Positions 47,424-57,460 of a DNA stretch of 64,000 nt are shown here, in pieces. This stretch comes from Niabella yanshanensis (GTDB lineage Bacteria > Bacteroidota > Bacteroidia > Chitinophagales > Chitinophagaceae): NCBI GenBank assembly GCA_040393015.1, contig JBEBUZ010000008.1:472-64471 (forward strand). The letters are read 5' to 3'. Numbering within the stretch: position 1 is the first letter of the stretch; each line of letters begins with the position of its first letter. Both the position numbers and the translations under genes were made by a program. Under the pieces are notes generated by a model. The model was not told where the DNA came from and did not search any database. It saw nothing but the letters and a program-made list of their open reading frames with translations.

Positions 47424-47918
47424 ATGAATAAGAACAAAAGTTTAGTATGTCTGGCTGCCTTCTTTATGTTATTTATTATAGCCTGCTCATCAAGCAAAAA
47501 AACAGGACCCATTGCGCCCAGAAAAGATTTTAAAGGAAGCTGGACAATTACCTCCGTTGCCGTAGAAGGAGTGGAGGGCAAAATAAACGTCACGGCCTTT
47601 GACGATGCAGCGCTCAACTGTTTCAATGGAAGTGATTGGGTATTGCCTAATAATGGATATGGATCTTATACCATTAATGCCGGTGGGGACTGTGCCGGAG
47701 GCGCCAGGAAAATAATCTGGTCCCAACGCATGAACGGGGCTACCACTTTGTTCAATTTTAAGCATATGGATGGCGTTAAAAAGAGCGATTCCAAACATGT
47801 GGAAGAGGGATACTCCCTGGAAGTAACTTCCTTCGATGAAAACGGTTTTACCGCGAGAAGTCCGATTTTGTTCGAAGGCAAAACGATTTATATTGTTTAT
47901 AATTTTCAGAGAAGATAA
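47424..47918 (+). CDS. hypothetical lipoprotein (lipocalin-like, tentative)
   Basis: Lipobox IIACSS. Beta-rich, about 140-aa mature domain. Confidence 0.5.
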   Translation: MNKNKSLVCLAAFFMLFIIACSSSKKTGPIAPRKDFKGSWTITSVAVEGVEGKINVTAFDDAALNCFNGSDWVLPNNGYGSYTINAGGDCAGGARKIIWSQRMNGATTLFNFKHMDGVKKSDSKHVEEGYSLEVTSFDENGFTARSPILFEGKTIYIVYNFQRR

Positions 47919-47953
47919 CAAGCAAAGAATTCAATAACGGAAGGCAAGAGATC

Positions 47954-47989
47954 AGGCTACCTCAAGACAAGAGGTGGCCTGGTGTTTTT
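47954..47989 (+). terminator. rho-independent terminator-like hairpin
   Basis: CAGGCTACCTC - 7 nt - GAGGTGGCCTG (one mismatch), followed by GTGTTTTT. Confidence 0.5.
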
Positions 47990-48026
47990 AAAGGAAAGGA
48001 TTAAAAGCGATGGGACCCGGGAAAAT

Positions 48027-48479
48027 TTAGAAAAGACGCTTGTCGAGGTCGTATTCTTTGGTAGCTTTTATCGTTATTTTTTTGAAATGCTCGTGAAGGG
48101 GATTGATCAGAAAATTACTCTCTTCGGGGATCACTGCCGAGGGTATCTTTACAGCTAATGCTGCCTTTGACTGTAAAAACTGGTCGCCTATATACTGGCT
48201 GTATTCAAAATCAATACTCCATTTTTTTTTCAATGCGGAATGGTCGATTTCCATAACCATCGCATCCGGAATATTCATCTCGATGAGGTGGTAGGCAGGG
48301 AGCAGCCGGAGGCTGCTTTTGTCATAGTTTACAATAATTTCCAGGGCGGCGAGTGATATATGCTCCGAACCATATAAAGCGTATATTCCTTTACTGTTCC
48401 ATCTCCCCCCGTATAAAAAAGCGCCCTGCCCGGAGAAGTCATCTTTATAGAGGGAGCGAACCAGTCTGTAAACAATCAT
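48027..48479 (-). CDS. RES-domain toxin
   Basis: YRLVRS...GAFLYGGRWNSKG...YGSEHISLAALE contains the R-E-S signature region. Downstream partner of the Xre-type antitoxin. Confidence 0.8.
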   Translation of the reverse strand: MIVYRLVRSLYKDDFSGQGAFLYGGRWNSKGIYALYGSEHISLAALEIIVNYDKSSLRLLPAYHLIEMNIPDAMVMEIDHSALKKKWSIDFEYSQYIGDQFLQSKAALAVKIPSAVIPEESNFLINPLHEHFKKITIKATKEYDLDKRLF

Positions 48480-48916
48480 CAGGCGGTGATTCCATGTTGA
48501 AGCCTTCCCAGCGTGTCAATAACATCCTGTATACCGGCATGCGAAGAGAGTTTATGACCGGCCACTTCTCCACCCAGAGAAAACGGCCTGCTTTGCAGCC
48601 AGGTTTTAAAGCCGTCCTGGCCAAATAATTCGTTGCCCATATCTATTAATGTTTCCAGGAGCAGTATTCTTTCTATTTGCAAACCATTAAAACCTCCGTT
48701 ATCTTTCGCATAACGGTGCAGGGATCTTTCGCTGATAAACAGCATATCGGCCCACTCGCCTAAGGTAAATGGCCCCCTGGATAAAATTTTTTTAAAATGC
48801 CCGTAGGTGAAATCCTTTACATCTGCTCCTTTGGGAGTAATTTGATAAATGGCCGCTGCTTCCGAAACCCGGTTTGCCGGCGTAGAAGGATTATATTTTT
48901 TTAATGGTTGCTTCAT
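48479..48916 (-). CDS. antitoxin Xre/MbcA/ParS-like (DUF2384 toxin-binding domain)
   Basis: Its position is immediately upstream of, and overlapping by 1 nt with, the RES gene. The C-terminal region resembles DUF2384. Confidence 0.7.
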   Translation of the reverse strand: MKQPLKKYNPSTPANRVSEAAAIYQITPKGADVKDFTYGHFKKILSRGPFTLGEWADMLFISERSLHRYAKDNGGFNGLQIERILLLETLIDMGNELFGQDGFKTWLQSRPFSLGGEVAGHKLSSHAGIQDVIDTLGRLQHGITA

Positions 48917-49012
48917 AACACGACATTTGTCACAAATATATGTGTTTTTTGTCGTAGTTTCAAATATTTCCTGACATTTTTTCGATTCTATGCCGAATGA
49001 GTTTGCTTGTAG

Positions 49013-49501
49013 TTGTGCCTGCGTATATTTGTTCCCTTGGAAGAGAGCATAACAATTTATACCGATGGATCATCCCGTGGAAACCCCGGACCGGGTGGTT
49101 ACGGGGTCATATTAATATATGGTAAACACCTGAAGGAACTGTCTGCGGGGTTCCGGTTTACAACCAATAACCGGATGGAACTGCTGGCCGTAATTGAAGG
49201 TCTCAGGGCTTTAAAAAATAATCATATTCCCGTTATTATATACTCAGACAGCCAGTATGTGGTTAATTCCATTTCGAAAGGATGGTTAAACAACTGGATC
49301 CGAACCGATTTTAAAGGGGGTAAGAAGAATAAAGACCTGTGGATGGAATATTATAAATTGGCCAGGAAGTTTAATATTCGAATCAAATGGGTAAAAGGGC
49401 ACGCGGATAATCCTTATAATAATCGTTGCGATGAATTGGCAACGGCGGCGGCAGACGGAATAAACCTTCAAGTAGACAAAGGTTTTGAGCAAGGTATATA
49501 A
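49013..49501 (+). CDS. rnhA: ribonuclease HI
   Basis: IYTDGSSRGNPGPGGYG, TNNRMELLAVIEGL, YSDSQYV and WVKGHADNPYNNRCDELA. TTG start from the track, so the exact start is uncertain. Confidence 0.85.
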   Translation: MCLRIFVPLEESITIYTDGSSRGNPGPGGYGVILIYGKHLKELSAGFRFTTNNRMELLAVIEGLRALKNNHIPVIIYSDSQYVVNSISKGWLNNWIRTDFKGGKKNKDLWMEYYKLARKFNIRIKWVKGHADNPYNNRCDELATAAADGINLQVDKGFEQGI

Positions 49502-49535
49502 ATAAAGCCGGAAGCAGAAATTCAAAAGTATAAAA

Positions 49536-49880
49536 ATGACATATTGTCTTACACTCGATCTGAAGAACGATCCCGAACTGATTGCTGGTTACGACGGGTA
49601 CCATGCGCAAATCTGGCCCGAAATTGAGGAGAGCATTGTACGGTCGGGAATTACCCGCATGGAAATTTACAGGGTTGAAAACCGGCTATTTATGATTATG
49701 GAGGTAAATGATGAATTTTCTTTCGAAAAAAAAGCCGCAGCCGATGCAGCTAATCCTAAAGTGCAGGAATGGGAAGAATTAATGTGGAAATACCAACAAT
49801 CACTTCCTTTTGCCAAACCGGGAGAAAAATGGGTTTTAATGAACAAAATATTTGAATTGAAAGTAAATCCGGCGACTTGA
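49536..49880 (+). CDS. L-rhamnose mutarotase family protein
   Basis: LDLKNDPELIAGYDGYHAQIWPEI...MEIYRVENRLFMIMEV is a typical RhaM/DUF718 pattern. Confidence 0.75.
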   Translation: MTYCLTLDLKNDPELIAGYDGYHAQIWPEIEESIVRSGITRMEIYRVENRLFMIMEVNDEFSFEKKAAADAANPKVQEWEELMWKYQQSLPFAKPGEKWVLMNKIFELKVNPAT

Positions 49881-51079
49881 GACAGTTATTGTTTTTTGTT
49901 ATTCTTGTTATTTTATTACCGTCCTGCTATGCCGTAAGAGCCTACAGGTTTCGGAAATTTGAGTTGGACGATCTGGATAAGTTCAAAGCCCTCACTGTTA
50001 AAAAAAGTGATAAACCTTTTCATTTTGCATACGCTCAAAACAAAAGAAACAAGTTACGGGCTTATCTCGATTCAAATCTGGCTAACAGCGATACCTACGG
50101 CTTCCTTGTGATTCAAAACGACAGTATTTTATATGAAAAATACTTTGATGATCTGGATACCGAAGATGTTTATCCATCCTTTTCAGTTGCAAAATCCTAT
50201 GTTGCTACTTTAGCCCAGATCGCCCTACAGGAAGGATATATAAAGTCTTTTCAGGAGCCGGTTACTAATTATTTGCCCGTTCTTTCCAAAGCGGATAAAA
50301 GATGGACTAAGGTCTCTGTTCAGAACGTATTGGATATGCGTACCGGAGTGAAAAGCGATGAAACCTACAATAGCCCCTTCAGTGATGTAATTCGGTTGGG
50401 GTTTACTGCAAACCTCAGCTCCCGCCTCAAAAAGATAGAGATCGGTGACAACCCGGGAAGTTTTGAATATAAAAGTGTTAATACCCAGTTGCTTGCTGCG
50501 GTTATAGAAGCAGCAACGAAACAGGCAATTCCAGAGTATTTACAAAAAAAGATATGGCAACCTCTGGGTATGGAAAGCGATGCCACCTGGCAAACCGACC
50601 GTAAAGGAACAGCAAGAGCGTTTTGTTGTTTAAACGCAACTCTGAAAGATTTTGCGAAATTGGGTCGCCTGTATTTGAATAAAGGCAACTGGAATGGTCG
50701 TCAAATTCTTTCGGAGGATTGGGTGGCCACTATTTTAAATGCCGATACCATGCGGGCTTACCAGGGATATAAAAATCAGTGGTGGAGCAGCCGGGTCATT
50801 CGTCGTTTCAGTGATTCAACTGCGGCGGCAGAATTTATTTCCGCCCAGGGCAACGATTGGTATTTGGGTAAAGGACGGCGGAGAGGGGCAGTTTTTTACA
50901 GCGCCTATAATAATTTACCTGCAGTTTTCGCACAGGGCATGTTAGGACAGTATGTCTATATCCATCCTTCTCAAAACCTGATTATTGTAAGAATGGGGCA
51001 TAGCTGGAAACACCCCCGCCTGTATGCCCAGCGCTTTATCGAAGATCTGGCGGCGAGGATAAGCAGGGATGATTTTTAA
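49877..51079 (+). CDS. serine hydrolase (class C beta-lactamase-related family)
   Basis: SxxK motif FSVAKS and the overall beta-lactamase-family pattern. TTG start overlapping the upstream stop. Confidence 0.8.
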   Translation: MRQLLFFVILVILLPSCYAVRAYRFRKFELDDLDKFKALTVKKSDKPFHFAYAQNKRNKLRAYLDSNLANSDTYGFLVIQNDSILYEKYFDDLDTEDVYPSFSVAKSYVATLAQIALQEGYIKSFQEPVTNYLPVLSKADKRWTKVSVQNVLDMRTGVKSDETYNSPFSDVIRLGFTANLSSRLKKIEIGDNPGSFEYKSVNTQLLAAVIEAATKQAIPEYLQKKIWQPLGMESDATWQTDRKGTARAFCCLNATLKDFAKLGRLYLNKGNWNGRQILSEDWVATILNADTMRAYQGYKNQWWSSRVIRRFSDSTAAAEFISAQGNDWYLGKGRRRGAVFYSAYNNLPAVFAQGMLGQYVYIHPSQNLIIVRMGHSWKHPRLYAQRFIEDLAARISRDDF

Positions 51080-51157
51080 ATGCTCACTGCCTGGTTTACC
51101 CTTTTGAGTATAAACCTTTTCCATCTATTTTTGTAATTATTCAAATTAAATCATTTT

Positions 51158-52105
51158 ATGGCCGAAGAGAAGAACGCAGAAAAAGTACATTGTCTCATCA
51201 TAGGATCCGGACCAGCTGGTTATACCGCTGCAATTTATGCGGCACGAGCCAACCTGAAACCTGTTTTATACCAGGGATTGCAGCCCGGGGGTCAGTTGAC
51301 TATTACCACAGAAGTAGAGAATTATCCGGGATATGCCGATGGAGTACAGGGCCCCGAAATGATGATCGACTTTGAAAAGCAGGCGAAACGTATGGGTGCC
51401 GATGTCCGGTATGGAATCGCTACCAAAGTAGATTTTTCAACCCATCCGCATAAAGTGTGGATAGATGACGAAAAATTAATAGAGGCAGATGCGGTAATTA
51501 TATCTACAGGAGCTTCTGCCAAATGGCTGGGCTTACCCGGAGAAGAAAGATTGAATGGCTTTGGCGTAAGCGCCTGCGCTGTTTGTGATGGCTTTTTTTT
51601 CCGGGGAAAGGAAGTGGCCATTGTGGGCGCCGGCGATACCGCTGCGGAAGAAGCCTTATATCTTTCTAAATTATGTACAACCGTACACATGCTGGTTCGG
51701 AGAGACGAGATGCGGGCCAGTAAAATAATGCAGGACCGGGTGCTGGCAACCTCTAATATTAAAGTGCATTTTAATACCGAAACAGAAGAAATTCTTGGTG
51801 AGAAAACAGTAAGCGGGGTTCGTGTAAGAAATAATAAAACCGGAGAAATATCAGAAATTCCCGTGAATGGCTTTTTTGTTGCGATCGGCCATCAGCCTAA
51901 TTCAGATATTTTTAAAGGCCAGGTTGAGATGGACGAGACCGGCTATATTCAAACCATACCGGGAACCAGCAAAACCAATGTGGAAGGGGTTTTTGCTGCG
52001 GGCGATGTGCAGGATAAAATCTACCGCCAGGCAGTAACTGCTGCTGGTAGTGGCTGTATGGCGGCATTGGACGCGGAAAGATTCCTGGGCGAAAAGGGTT
52101 TGTAA
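51158..52105 (+). CDS. trxB: thioredoxin-disulfide reductase
   Basis: GSGPAGYTAAIYAARA, redox-active CAVCDG, and GAGDTAAEEA. Confidence 0.92.
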   Translation: MAEEKNAEKVHCLIIGSGPAGYTAAIYAARANLKPVLYQGLQPGGQLTITTEVENYPGYADGVQGPEMMIDFEKQAKRMGADVRYGIATKVDFSTHPHKVWIDDEKLIEADAVIISTGASAKWLGLPGEERLNGFGVSACAVCDGFFFRGKEVAIVGAGDTAAEEALYLSKLCTTVHMLVRRDEMRASKIMQDRVLATSNIKVHFNTETEEILGEKTVSGVRVRNNKTGEISEIPVNGFFVAIGHQPNSDIFKGQVEMDETGYIQTIPGTSKTNVEGVFAAGDVQDKIYRQAVTAAGSGCMAALDAERFLGEKGL

Positions 52106-52166
52106 ATAATGACGGATTGCCCGCTGCGAACAAGGTCTTGTAATTGCTGAATCTTAACTTACTATT

Positions 52167-52523
52167 ATGCTTATTACCCTTCACCTCTCGGAACTTCGCT
52201 TTTTTGCTTATCACGGACTTTACGAAGAGGAGAAGCAAATGGGTAACGAGTTTGAATTGAATATTTCGGTTTCTTTTTTCTCCACCCGGCAGGTGGTGGA
52301 AGACCTCGGAGATACGATCAACTACGCGTCCATCTATGAATTGGCCAGGACAGAGATGCTGCAACCCAGGGAGCTGCTCGAGACCTTTTTATCGCAATTA
52401 GCCGGGAAAATAAAAGCGGCTTACCCTCAGGTGGTAAGGCTTAAAATGAGCTTATACAAATTACAAATGCCTCTTAGCAATTTCACAGGGCGGATTGGAG
52501 TGGAAATAGAAAAGGACTATTAA
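52167..52523 (+). CDS. folB: dihydroneopterin aldolase
   Basis: 118 aa with LRFFAYHGLYEEEKQMGNEFELNI, a FolB-type pattern. Confidence 0.8.
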   Translation: MLITLHLSELRFFAYHGLYEEEKQMGNEFELNISVSFFSTRQVVEDLGDTINYASIYELARTEMLQPRELLETFLSQLAGKIKAAYPQVVRLKMSLYKLQMPLSNFTGRIGVEIEKDY

Positions 52524-52553
52524 GGCGCAGGTTTAACACGAAAATTTCAGGAG

Positions 52554-53042
52554 TCAGACCGCCAGGTCTTCTCCGTCAAATGCAAAGGGTAACAGGTTTT
52601 TGGCGGTATTGATCAGATAAACGGGTCCTTCCATACCCGCCAGAATAATCCTTATAGGATGTTTTACTCTTGTTTCATATTCAAGCAATGCCTGCCGGCA
52701 CATACCGCAGGGCGAGATGGGTTTACTGCTTTTACCCTCTTCCGGTTGATAAGTGATGGCAATGGTTTCTATTGCTTCGTTCGGATACAGGGTTCCAACG
52801 GTTGCCAGCAGGCTTCTTTCGGCACAAATACCTACCGGAAAAGAAGCATTTTCCTGGTTCGTTCCCTTCGCCGTTTCGCCGTTTATCAATCTTGCCACGC
52901 AGGCAACATGAAATCTTGAATAGGGGGCATAAGATATCGCTGTTAATTCCCGCGCCTCCCTTAAAATCTGTGCATCTGCGACATCAAGGCTATCAATATC
53001 TTCAAAAACAGAATACGAAAAGTTATAATGGAATTCTTTCAT
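52554..53042 (-). CDS. cdd: cytidine deaminase
   Basis: Zinc-ligand motifs CAERSLL and PCGMCRQ. Confidence 0.85.
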   Translation of the reverse strand: MKEFHYNFSYSVFEDIDSLDVADAQILREARELTAISYAPYSRFHVACVARLINGETAKGTNQENASFPVGICAERSLLATVGTLYPNEAIETIAITYQPEEGKSSKPISPCGMCRQALLEYETRVKHPIRIILAGMEGPVYLINTAKNLLPFAFDGEDLAV

Positions 53043-53137
53043 TTTTTATTCTTTCCTCAATAAAGATACTATTGTTACCGCCACATCTCTTAAAAAATTA
53101 TATTTGTGGTTCTCAACAAACTCATAAAAGTTATTGT

Positions 53138-54067
53138 ATGTTTAAGAAAGTTTTTGTTTTAGCGATGACCTGTTTTGCAACATTAAACGTATTGGCGCTT
53201 TCTGCCAACGATTTGGTTGGCAGGTGGGATATCACCGTAGATAAGGGCGACAAAAAAGTGCCTTCCTGGTTAGAAGTAAAATTGTCGGGCTACAAAACCC
53301 TCGTGGGCTATTTTGTAGCTGAAACCGGCAGCGCCCGTCCTGTTTCGGAGGTAAAATTTAATGAGGGCCGGTTTTCGTTTGCGATTCCACCCCAATGGGA
53401 AGAGGAGCCTGCCAACTTCGTAGTTGAGGGCGAATTGACCGGTGACGGTATAAAAGGAACAATGGTTTATCCCAACGGGAAAAAATATAGCTGGACTGGT
53501 GTGAAAGCTCCCTTCTTAAAAAGAGACAAGGCTCCGGTTTGGGGAAAACCCATTAAACTGTTCAATGGGAAGGATCTGACCGGCTGGAAAGCGGTAGGCG
53601 CTCCCAATCAATGGATCGTGAAAAATGGCATTTTAACCAGCCCGAAATCCGGTGCTAACCTGATTTCCGAACAGAAATTCGGCGATTTTAAGTTGCATAT
53701 CGAATTCCGTTATCAGAAAGGAAGTAACAGCGGTGTGTATTTGCGGGGCCGTTACGAAACACAAATATTAGACAACGATAAATCAGAACACCCCTCCAAT
53801 GTGCTGTACAGTGGCATTTATGGATTTTTGGCGCCGAGTGAGATTAACTCAAAAGGTCCCGGCGAGTGGCAGAGCTACGACATTACCCTGATCGGTAGAA
53901 TGGTAACCATTGTAGCTAATGGTAAAACAGTTATCAGCAACCAGGAAATTCCGGGTATTACGGGGGGAGCACTCGACAGCAACGAAGGAGAGCCCGGCCC
54001 CATTTATTTCCAGGGAGACCATGGTCCTATAGAGTTACGAAATATTATCATTACACCGGCTAAGTAA
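53138..54067 (+). CDS. DUF1080 (3-keto-disaccharide hydrolase-like) domain protein, secreted
   Basis: Signal peptide MFKKVFVLAMTCFATLNVLA. DUF1080 core NGKDLTGW...NSGVYLRGRYETQILD...IYFQGDHGPIELRNIIITP. Start set at the ATG at 53138. Confidence 0.8.
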   Translation: MFKKVFVLAMTCFATLNVLALSANDLVGRWDITVDKGDKKVPSWLEVKLSGYKTLVGYFVAETGSARPVSEVKFNEGRFSFAIPPQWEEEPANFVVEGELTGDGIKGTMVYPNGKKYSWTGVKAPFLKRDKAPVWGKPIKLFNGKDLTGWKAVGAPNQWIVKNGILTSPKSGANLISEQKFGDFKLHIEFRYQKGSNSGVYLRGRYETQILDNDKSEHPSNVLYSGIYGFLAPSEINSKGPGEWQSYDITLIGRMVTIVANGKTVISNQEIPGITGGALDSNEGEPGPIYFQGDHGPIELRNIIITPAK

Positions 54068-54118
54068 ATAATTGTCAAAAACTCTTTGCGGTTACCGAAA
54101 AAAGCGCTATCTTCGCAT

Positions 54119-54190
<72 letters not shown>

Positions 54191-54197
54191 CAAAATT

Positions 54198-54221
54198 CCC
54201 GCTGAAAGGCGGGTTTTTTTT
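54198..54221 (+). terminator. rho-independent terminator after tRNA-Met
   Basis: CCCGC-TGAAAG-GCGGG followed by T8. Confidence 0.7.
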
Positions 54222-54326
54222 GTGTGTTATCTATAACAGTTCGATAATGAGGCGGATGTGATGTAAGAAGGAGGGCTAAGATCATTTAATGGACGGAAAT
54301 TTGTTTGGAGGTTAATCAGGGAAATT

Positions 54327-54377
54327 TAGAGCTCATATCCGCCGCGGCGGACCCAGGTTCGATCCCTGGCTTCGCAA
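54327..54377 (+). pseudogene. tRNA-Met-derived pseudo-copy carrying the TCCGCCGCGGCGGA palindrome
   Basis: TAGAGC-TCATA, then TCCGCCGCGGCGGA (54338-54351) in place of ACCCGAAGGT. This is followed by 53 nt identical to 54165-54217 (T arm, 3' acceptor strand and terminator stem). Confidence 0.75.
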
Positions 54378-54384
54378 CAAAATT

Positions 54385-54412
54385 CCCGCTGAAAGGCGGG
54401 TTTTGTTTTTTT
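54385..54412 (+). terminator. duplicate copy of the tRNA-Met terminator
   Basis: CCCGC-TGAAAG-GCGGG followed by TTTTGTTTTTTT. Confidence 0.55.
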
Positions 54413-54445
54413 AACCTCGTAGATTTTCAAAACCTACGAGGTTAA
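54411..54445. other. perfect 12-bp inverted repeat (hairpin)
   Basis: TTAACCTCGTAG - 11 nt - CTACGAGGTTAA, directly after the duplicated terminator. Confidence 0.6.
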
Positions 54446-54620
54446 ACGTTTAAAATAAGCAATAGTATACAACCGCGCAGTAAGGAATTGAAGCCAATTG
54501 TAGGAACTGAAGAACTTCAGAGTATTTAAGCGGGCTCTAAAACTTAAAAGAGTTCCAGCCGATGTAAGTAAAAATACTTTGCGCTTATGCTAATCTTAGC
54601 GTTATTTGCATGAAATAGCA

Positions 54621-55493
54621 ATGAAATCGGGTTTCGTAAATATATTTGGCAGACCTAATGCAGGTAAAAGCACATTGCTGAATGCGCTCATGGGAGAAAA
54701 ATTGGCTATTGTTTCCCACAAAGTACAAACCACCCGGCATCGTATCAAAGCCATTCTTACCGAAAAAGATTACCAGATCATTTTTAGCGACACACCCGGC
54801 ATCATCAAGCCCGAATACAAGTTGCATGAGAAAATGATGAAGTCGGTGAAAAGTGCGCTGGAAGATGCCGATGTCGCCTTGCTGATAGTAGATATCAACG
54901 ACAATTGGGAAGAATGTGATGCCATTTTCGGTGCGTTGAAACTCCGCGTGCCTGCGATAGTGGTTTTGAATAAGGCAGACAAAACGAACAAGAATCGTAT
55001 CAATGAGGCGAAAGATTTTTTTTCTAGGAAATCCTACTGTAAAAACATTGTTGCTATCTCCGCGTTAACAGGTATCGATTTTAAGAAATTCCTGGCTCCC
55101 ATATTAGATTTGTTGCCCGAAGGAGAACCTTTTTATGAGGACGACAGCATCAGCGACCTGCCCGAAAAATTCTTTGTAAGTGAGTTGATCCGGGAAAAGA
55201 TTTACGAACTGGCGCAGGACGAAATTCCCTACCATACCGCTGTTCAGATAAGAGAATTTAAAGAAAAGCACACGCTCACCAAGATCGTTGCGGATATTAT
55301 CGTACATCGCGAAACCCAGAAAATGATTTTGATTGGAGAAAAAGGCAGCATGATCAAAAAATTAGGCACGATGGCAAGAAAAGATATTGAAGCCTTCCTG
55401 GATCAAAAGGTGTTTTTGGAGCTTTTTGTAAAAGTAAAGCCAAAGTGGAGAGATAATGATCTGCATTTGAAGGAATACGGGTACGGTACTTAA
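54621..55493 (+). CDS. era: GTPase Era
   Basis: GRPNAGKST, DTPG and NKAD G-motifs plus a C-terminal KH domain. ATG at 54621. Confidence 0.92.
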   Translation: MKSGFVNIFGRPNAGKSTLLNALMGEKLAIVSHKVQTTRHRIKAILTEKDYQIIFSDTPGIIKPEYKLHEKMMKSVKSALEDADVALLIVDINDNWEECDAIFGALKLRVPAIVVLNKADKTNKNRINEAKDFFSRKSYCKNIVAISALTGIDFKKFLAPILDLLPEGEPFYEDDSISDLPEKFFVSELIREKIYELAQDEIPYHTAVQIREFKEKHTLTKIVADIIVHRETQKMILIGEKGSMIKKLGTMARKDIEAFLDQKVFLELFVKVKPKWRDNDLHLKEYGYGT

Positions 55494-55550
55494 AGATATC
55501 CTGTCCGCGTGGGTGACGGGTAAAAAAATAATGAATCAGAAATAAAAAAA

Positions 55551-56858
55551 ATGGGTTTTACAGTAGCAATAGTTGGTCGGCCAAATGTGGGTAAAAGCAC
55601 TCTGTTCAATCGTCTCCTGGAGCAGCGAAAGGCAATAGTAGACGATATAAGCGGCGTTACACGCGACCGCCAGTACGGTATCAGTGACTGGAATGGCAAG
55701 CAGTTTAATGTAATCGACACAGGCGGTTTCGTGCACGGGAGCGAAGATGTATTCGAAAGAGAAATTGCCAAACAGGTACTTATAGCTGTAGATGAGGCCG
55801 ATGCGATTTTATTTTTAGTAGATGCGGGTACCGGTATTACCACACTGGATGAAGAAATGGCCAATGTAATACGTAGAAGCATAAAGCCGGTTTTTTTGGT
55901 GGTGAATAAAGTAGATAATAACGACCGGATGCTGGATGCCACTGAGTTTTACAGCATGGGATTTGAAAATGTATATTTTATTGCCTCCGCCAGCGGAAGC
56001 GGTACAGGGGAGCTGCTGGACGCCGTAGCTGATCTGATCCCCGACACTGTAGCAGAAGAAAGCGGGGATGAATTGCCTAAGTTTGCTATTATAGGGCAGC
56101 CCAATGTGGGTAAATCATCACTGCTGAATGCGTTGGTAGGGCAGGAACGCACTATTGTGAGCGATATTGCGGGCACCACGCGCGATACCATCCATACTCA
56201 TTACAATTTGTTTCAGAAGGAGTTTACGCTCATTGATACAGCGGGTATACGCCGCAAATCGAAAGTTCACGAGGATCTTGAATTTTATTCTGTGATCCGG
56301 GCCATAAAAGCGCTCGATGAGGCGGATGTCTGTTTGTTATTGATTGATGCCGAAAAGGGTATTACTGCACAGGATCTCAATATATTCAGCCTGGCGGCAA
56401 GAAAGGGAAAGGGCATCCTGCTGCTGGTAAATAAATGGGATCTTGTAAAAAAAGAAACCAATACTGCCCGGGATTACGAAACGGAATTAAAAAAACGGTT
56501 GGCTCCCTTCGATGATGTGCCGGTAGTATTTATTTCGGCTTTGGAAAAGACAAGGATTTTTAAAGCCATGGAAACGGCTCTGGAAGTATATGCAAACCGC
56601 CAAAAGAAAGTACCTACTTCAAAGCTCAACGATATCATGTTAAAAGCGGTTCAGGCTCACCATGCGCCTGTAGTAAGGGGCCATGCAATTAGAATAAAAT
56701 TTGTAACTCAATTGCCAACAGTTGTTCCGTCTTTTGCTTTTTTCTGTAATTTTCCCGATGATATAAAAACGCCCTACCGCAATTACCTGGAAAACCAGTT
56801 GCGAAAAAACTTTGATTTCAGGGGGGTGCCGGTTCGCCTTTTCTTTAGGAAAAAATAA
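55551..56858 (+). CDS. der: ribosome biogenesis GTPase Der (EngA)
   Basis: Two tandem GTPase domains (GRPNVGKST/DTGG/NKVD and GQPNVGKSS/DTAG/NKWD) plus a KH-like C-terminus. Confidence 0.92.
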   Translation: MGFTVAIVGRPNVGKSTLFNRLLEQRKAIVDDISGVTRDRQYGISDWNGKQFNVIDTGGFVHGSEDVFEREIAKQVLIAVDEADAILFLVDAGTGITTLDEEMANVIRRSIKPVFLVVNKVDNNDRMLDATEFYSMGFENVYFIASASGSGTGELLDAVADLIPDTVAEESGDELPKFAIIGQPNVGKSSLLNALVGQERTIVSDIAGTTRDTIHTHYNLFQKEFTLIDTAGIRRKSKVHEDLEFYSVIRAIKALDEADVCLLLIDAEKGITAQDLNIFSLAARKGKGILLLVNKWDLVKKETNTARDYETELKKRLAPFDDVPVVFISALEKTRIFKAMETALEVYANRQKKVPTSKLNDIMLKAVQAHHAPVVRGHAIRIKFVTQLPTVVPSFAFFCNFPDDIKTPYRNYLENQLRKNFDFRGVPVRLFFRKK

Positions 56859-56966
56859 AAACCGGTATTATAGGCATCGTAAGTACGGCAATTTACCTCT
56901 TTAAAAAATTTTACTTTTCTTTAAGGTTACCATTCTTCATTTTTTGAATAAAGGGAAAATACATGT

Positions 56967-57317
56967 ATGAAGAAGATTTTATCTGCCACAGTTATTATTA
57001 GTGCTATTTTGTTTACCTCCTGTGAAACGGCTTCTACCACCAAAGAGGCGGAACAGGATTCGATAGAAGCCGCTGCCGAAGCTGTGATACACGACACCGT
57101 TTCGGAGGTAGATACTGCGTTATCGTCGATAGGCGATTCTCTGAAGGCAGATATCGGTGAAGCGGCCGGAAAAATAAAACAACATACAAAAGAGTTGGGT
57201 GAAGCTGCCAAACAGAAAGCTAACCAGGGTGTTGAAAAAATGAAGGAGGGCGCGCAAAAAGTGAAAGAAGCCGCGAGGGCAGGTGTGGATGCAGCGAAGG
57301 AAGAATTGAAAAAGTAA
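56967..57317 (+). CDS. hypothetical lipoprotein, Ala/Glu/Lys-rich helical
   Basis: Lipobox LFTSC, then a low-complexity helical sequence (YtxH/LEA-like appearance). Confidence 0.5.
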   Translation: MKKILSATVIISAILFTSCETASTTKEAEQDSIEAAAEAVIHDTVSEVDTALSSIGDSLKADIGEAAGKIKQHTKELGEAAKQKANQGVEKMKEGAQKVKEAARAGVDAAKEELKK

Positions 57318-57460
57318 ACTGTGCCCTGACAATTCTTTTTGTCTCACTCGTCCGGCTCCAATCCCTATCTGTATCATTGCTGTTTTAGACGGAGGTTTTG
57401 CCCGTTTAGATTTTACAACAATAGATTGAATACATTACATTTGTTATTCAATCAAATAGC

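Noticed and set aside
52772-53137. The long N-terminal extension of the 431-aa track ORF, overlapping cdd on the opposite strand.
   Set aside because: The extension is antisense to a well-supported cytidine deaminase gene and has no protein-like features. A clean signal peptide starts at the in-frame ATG at 53138.
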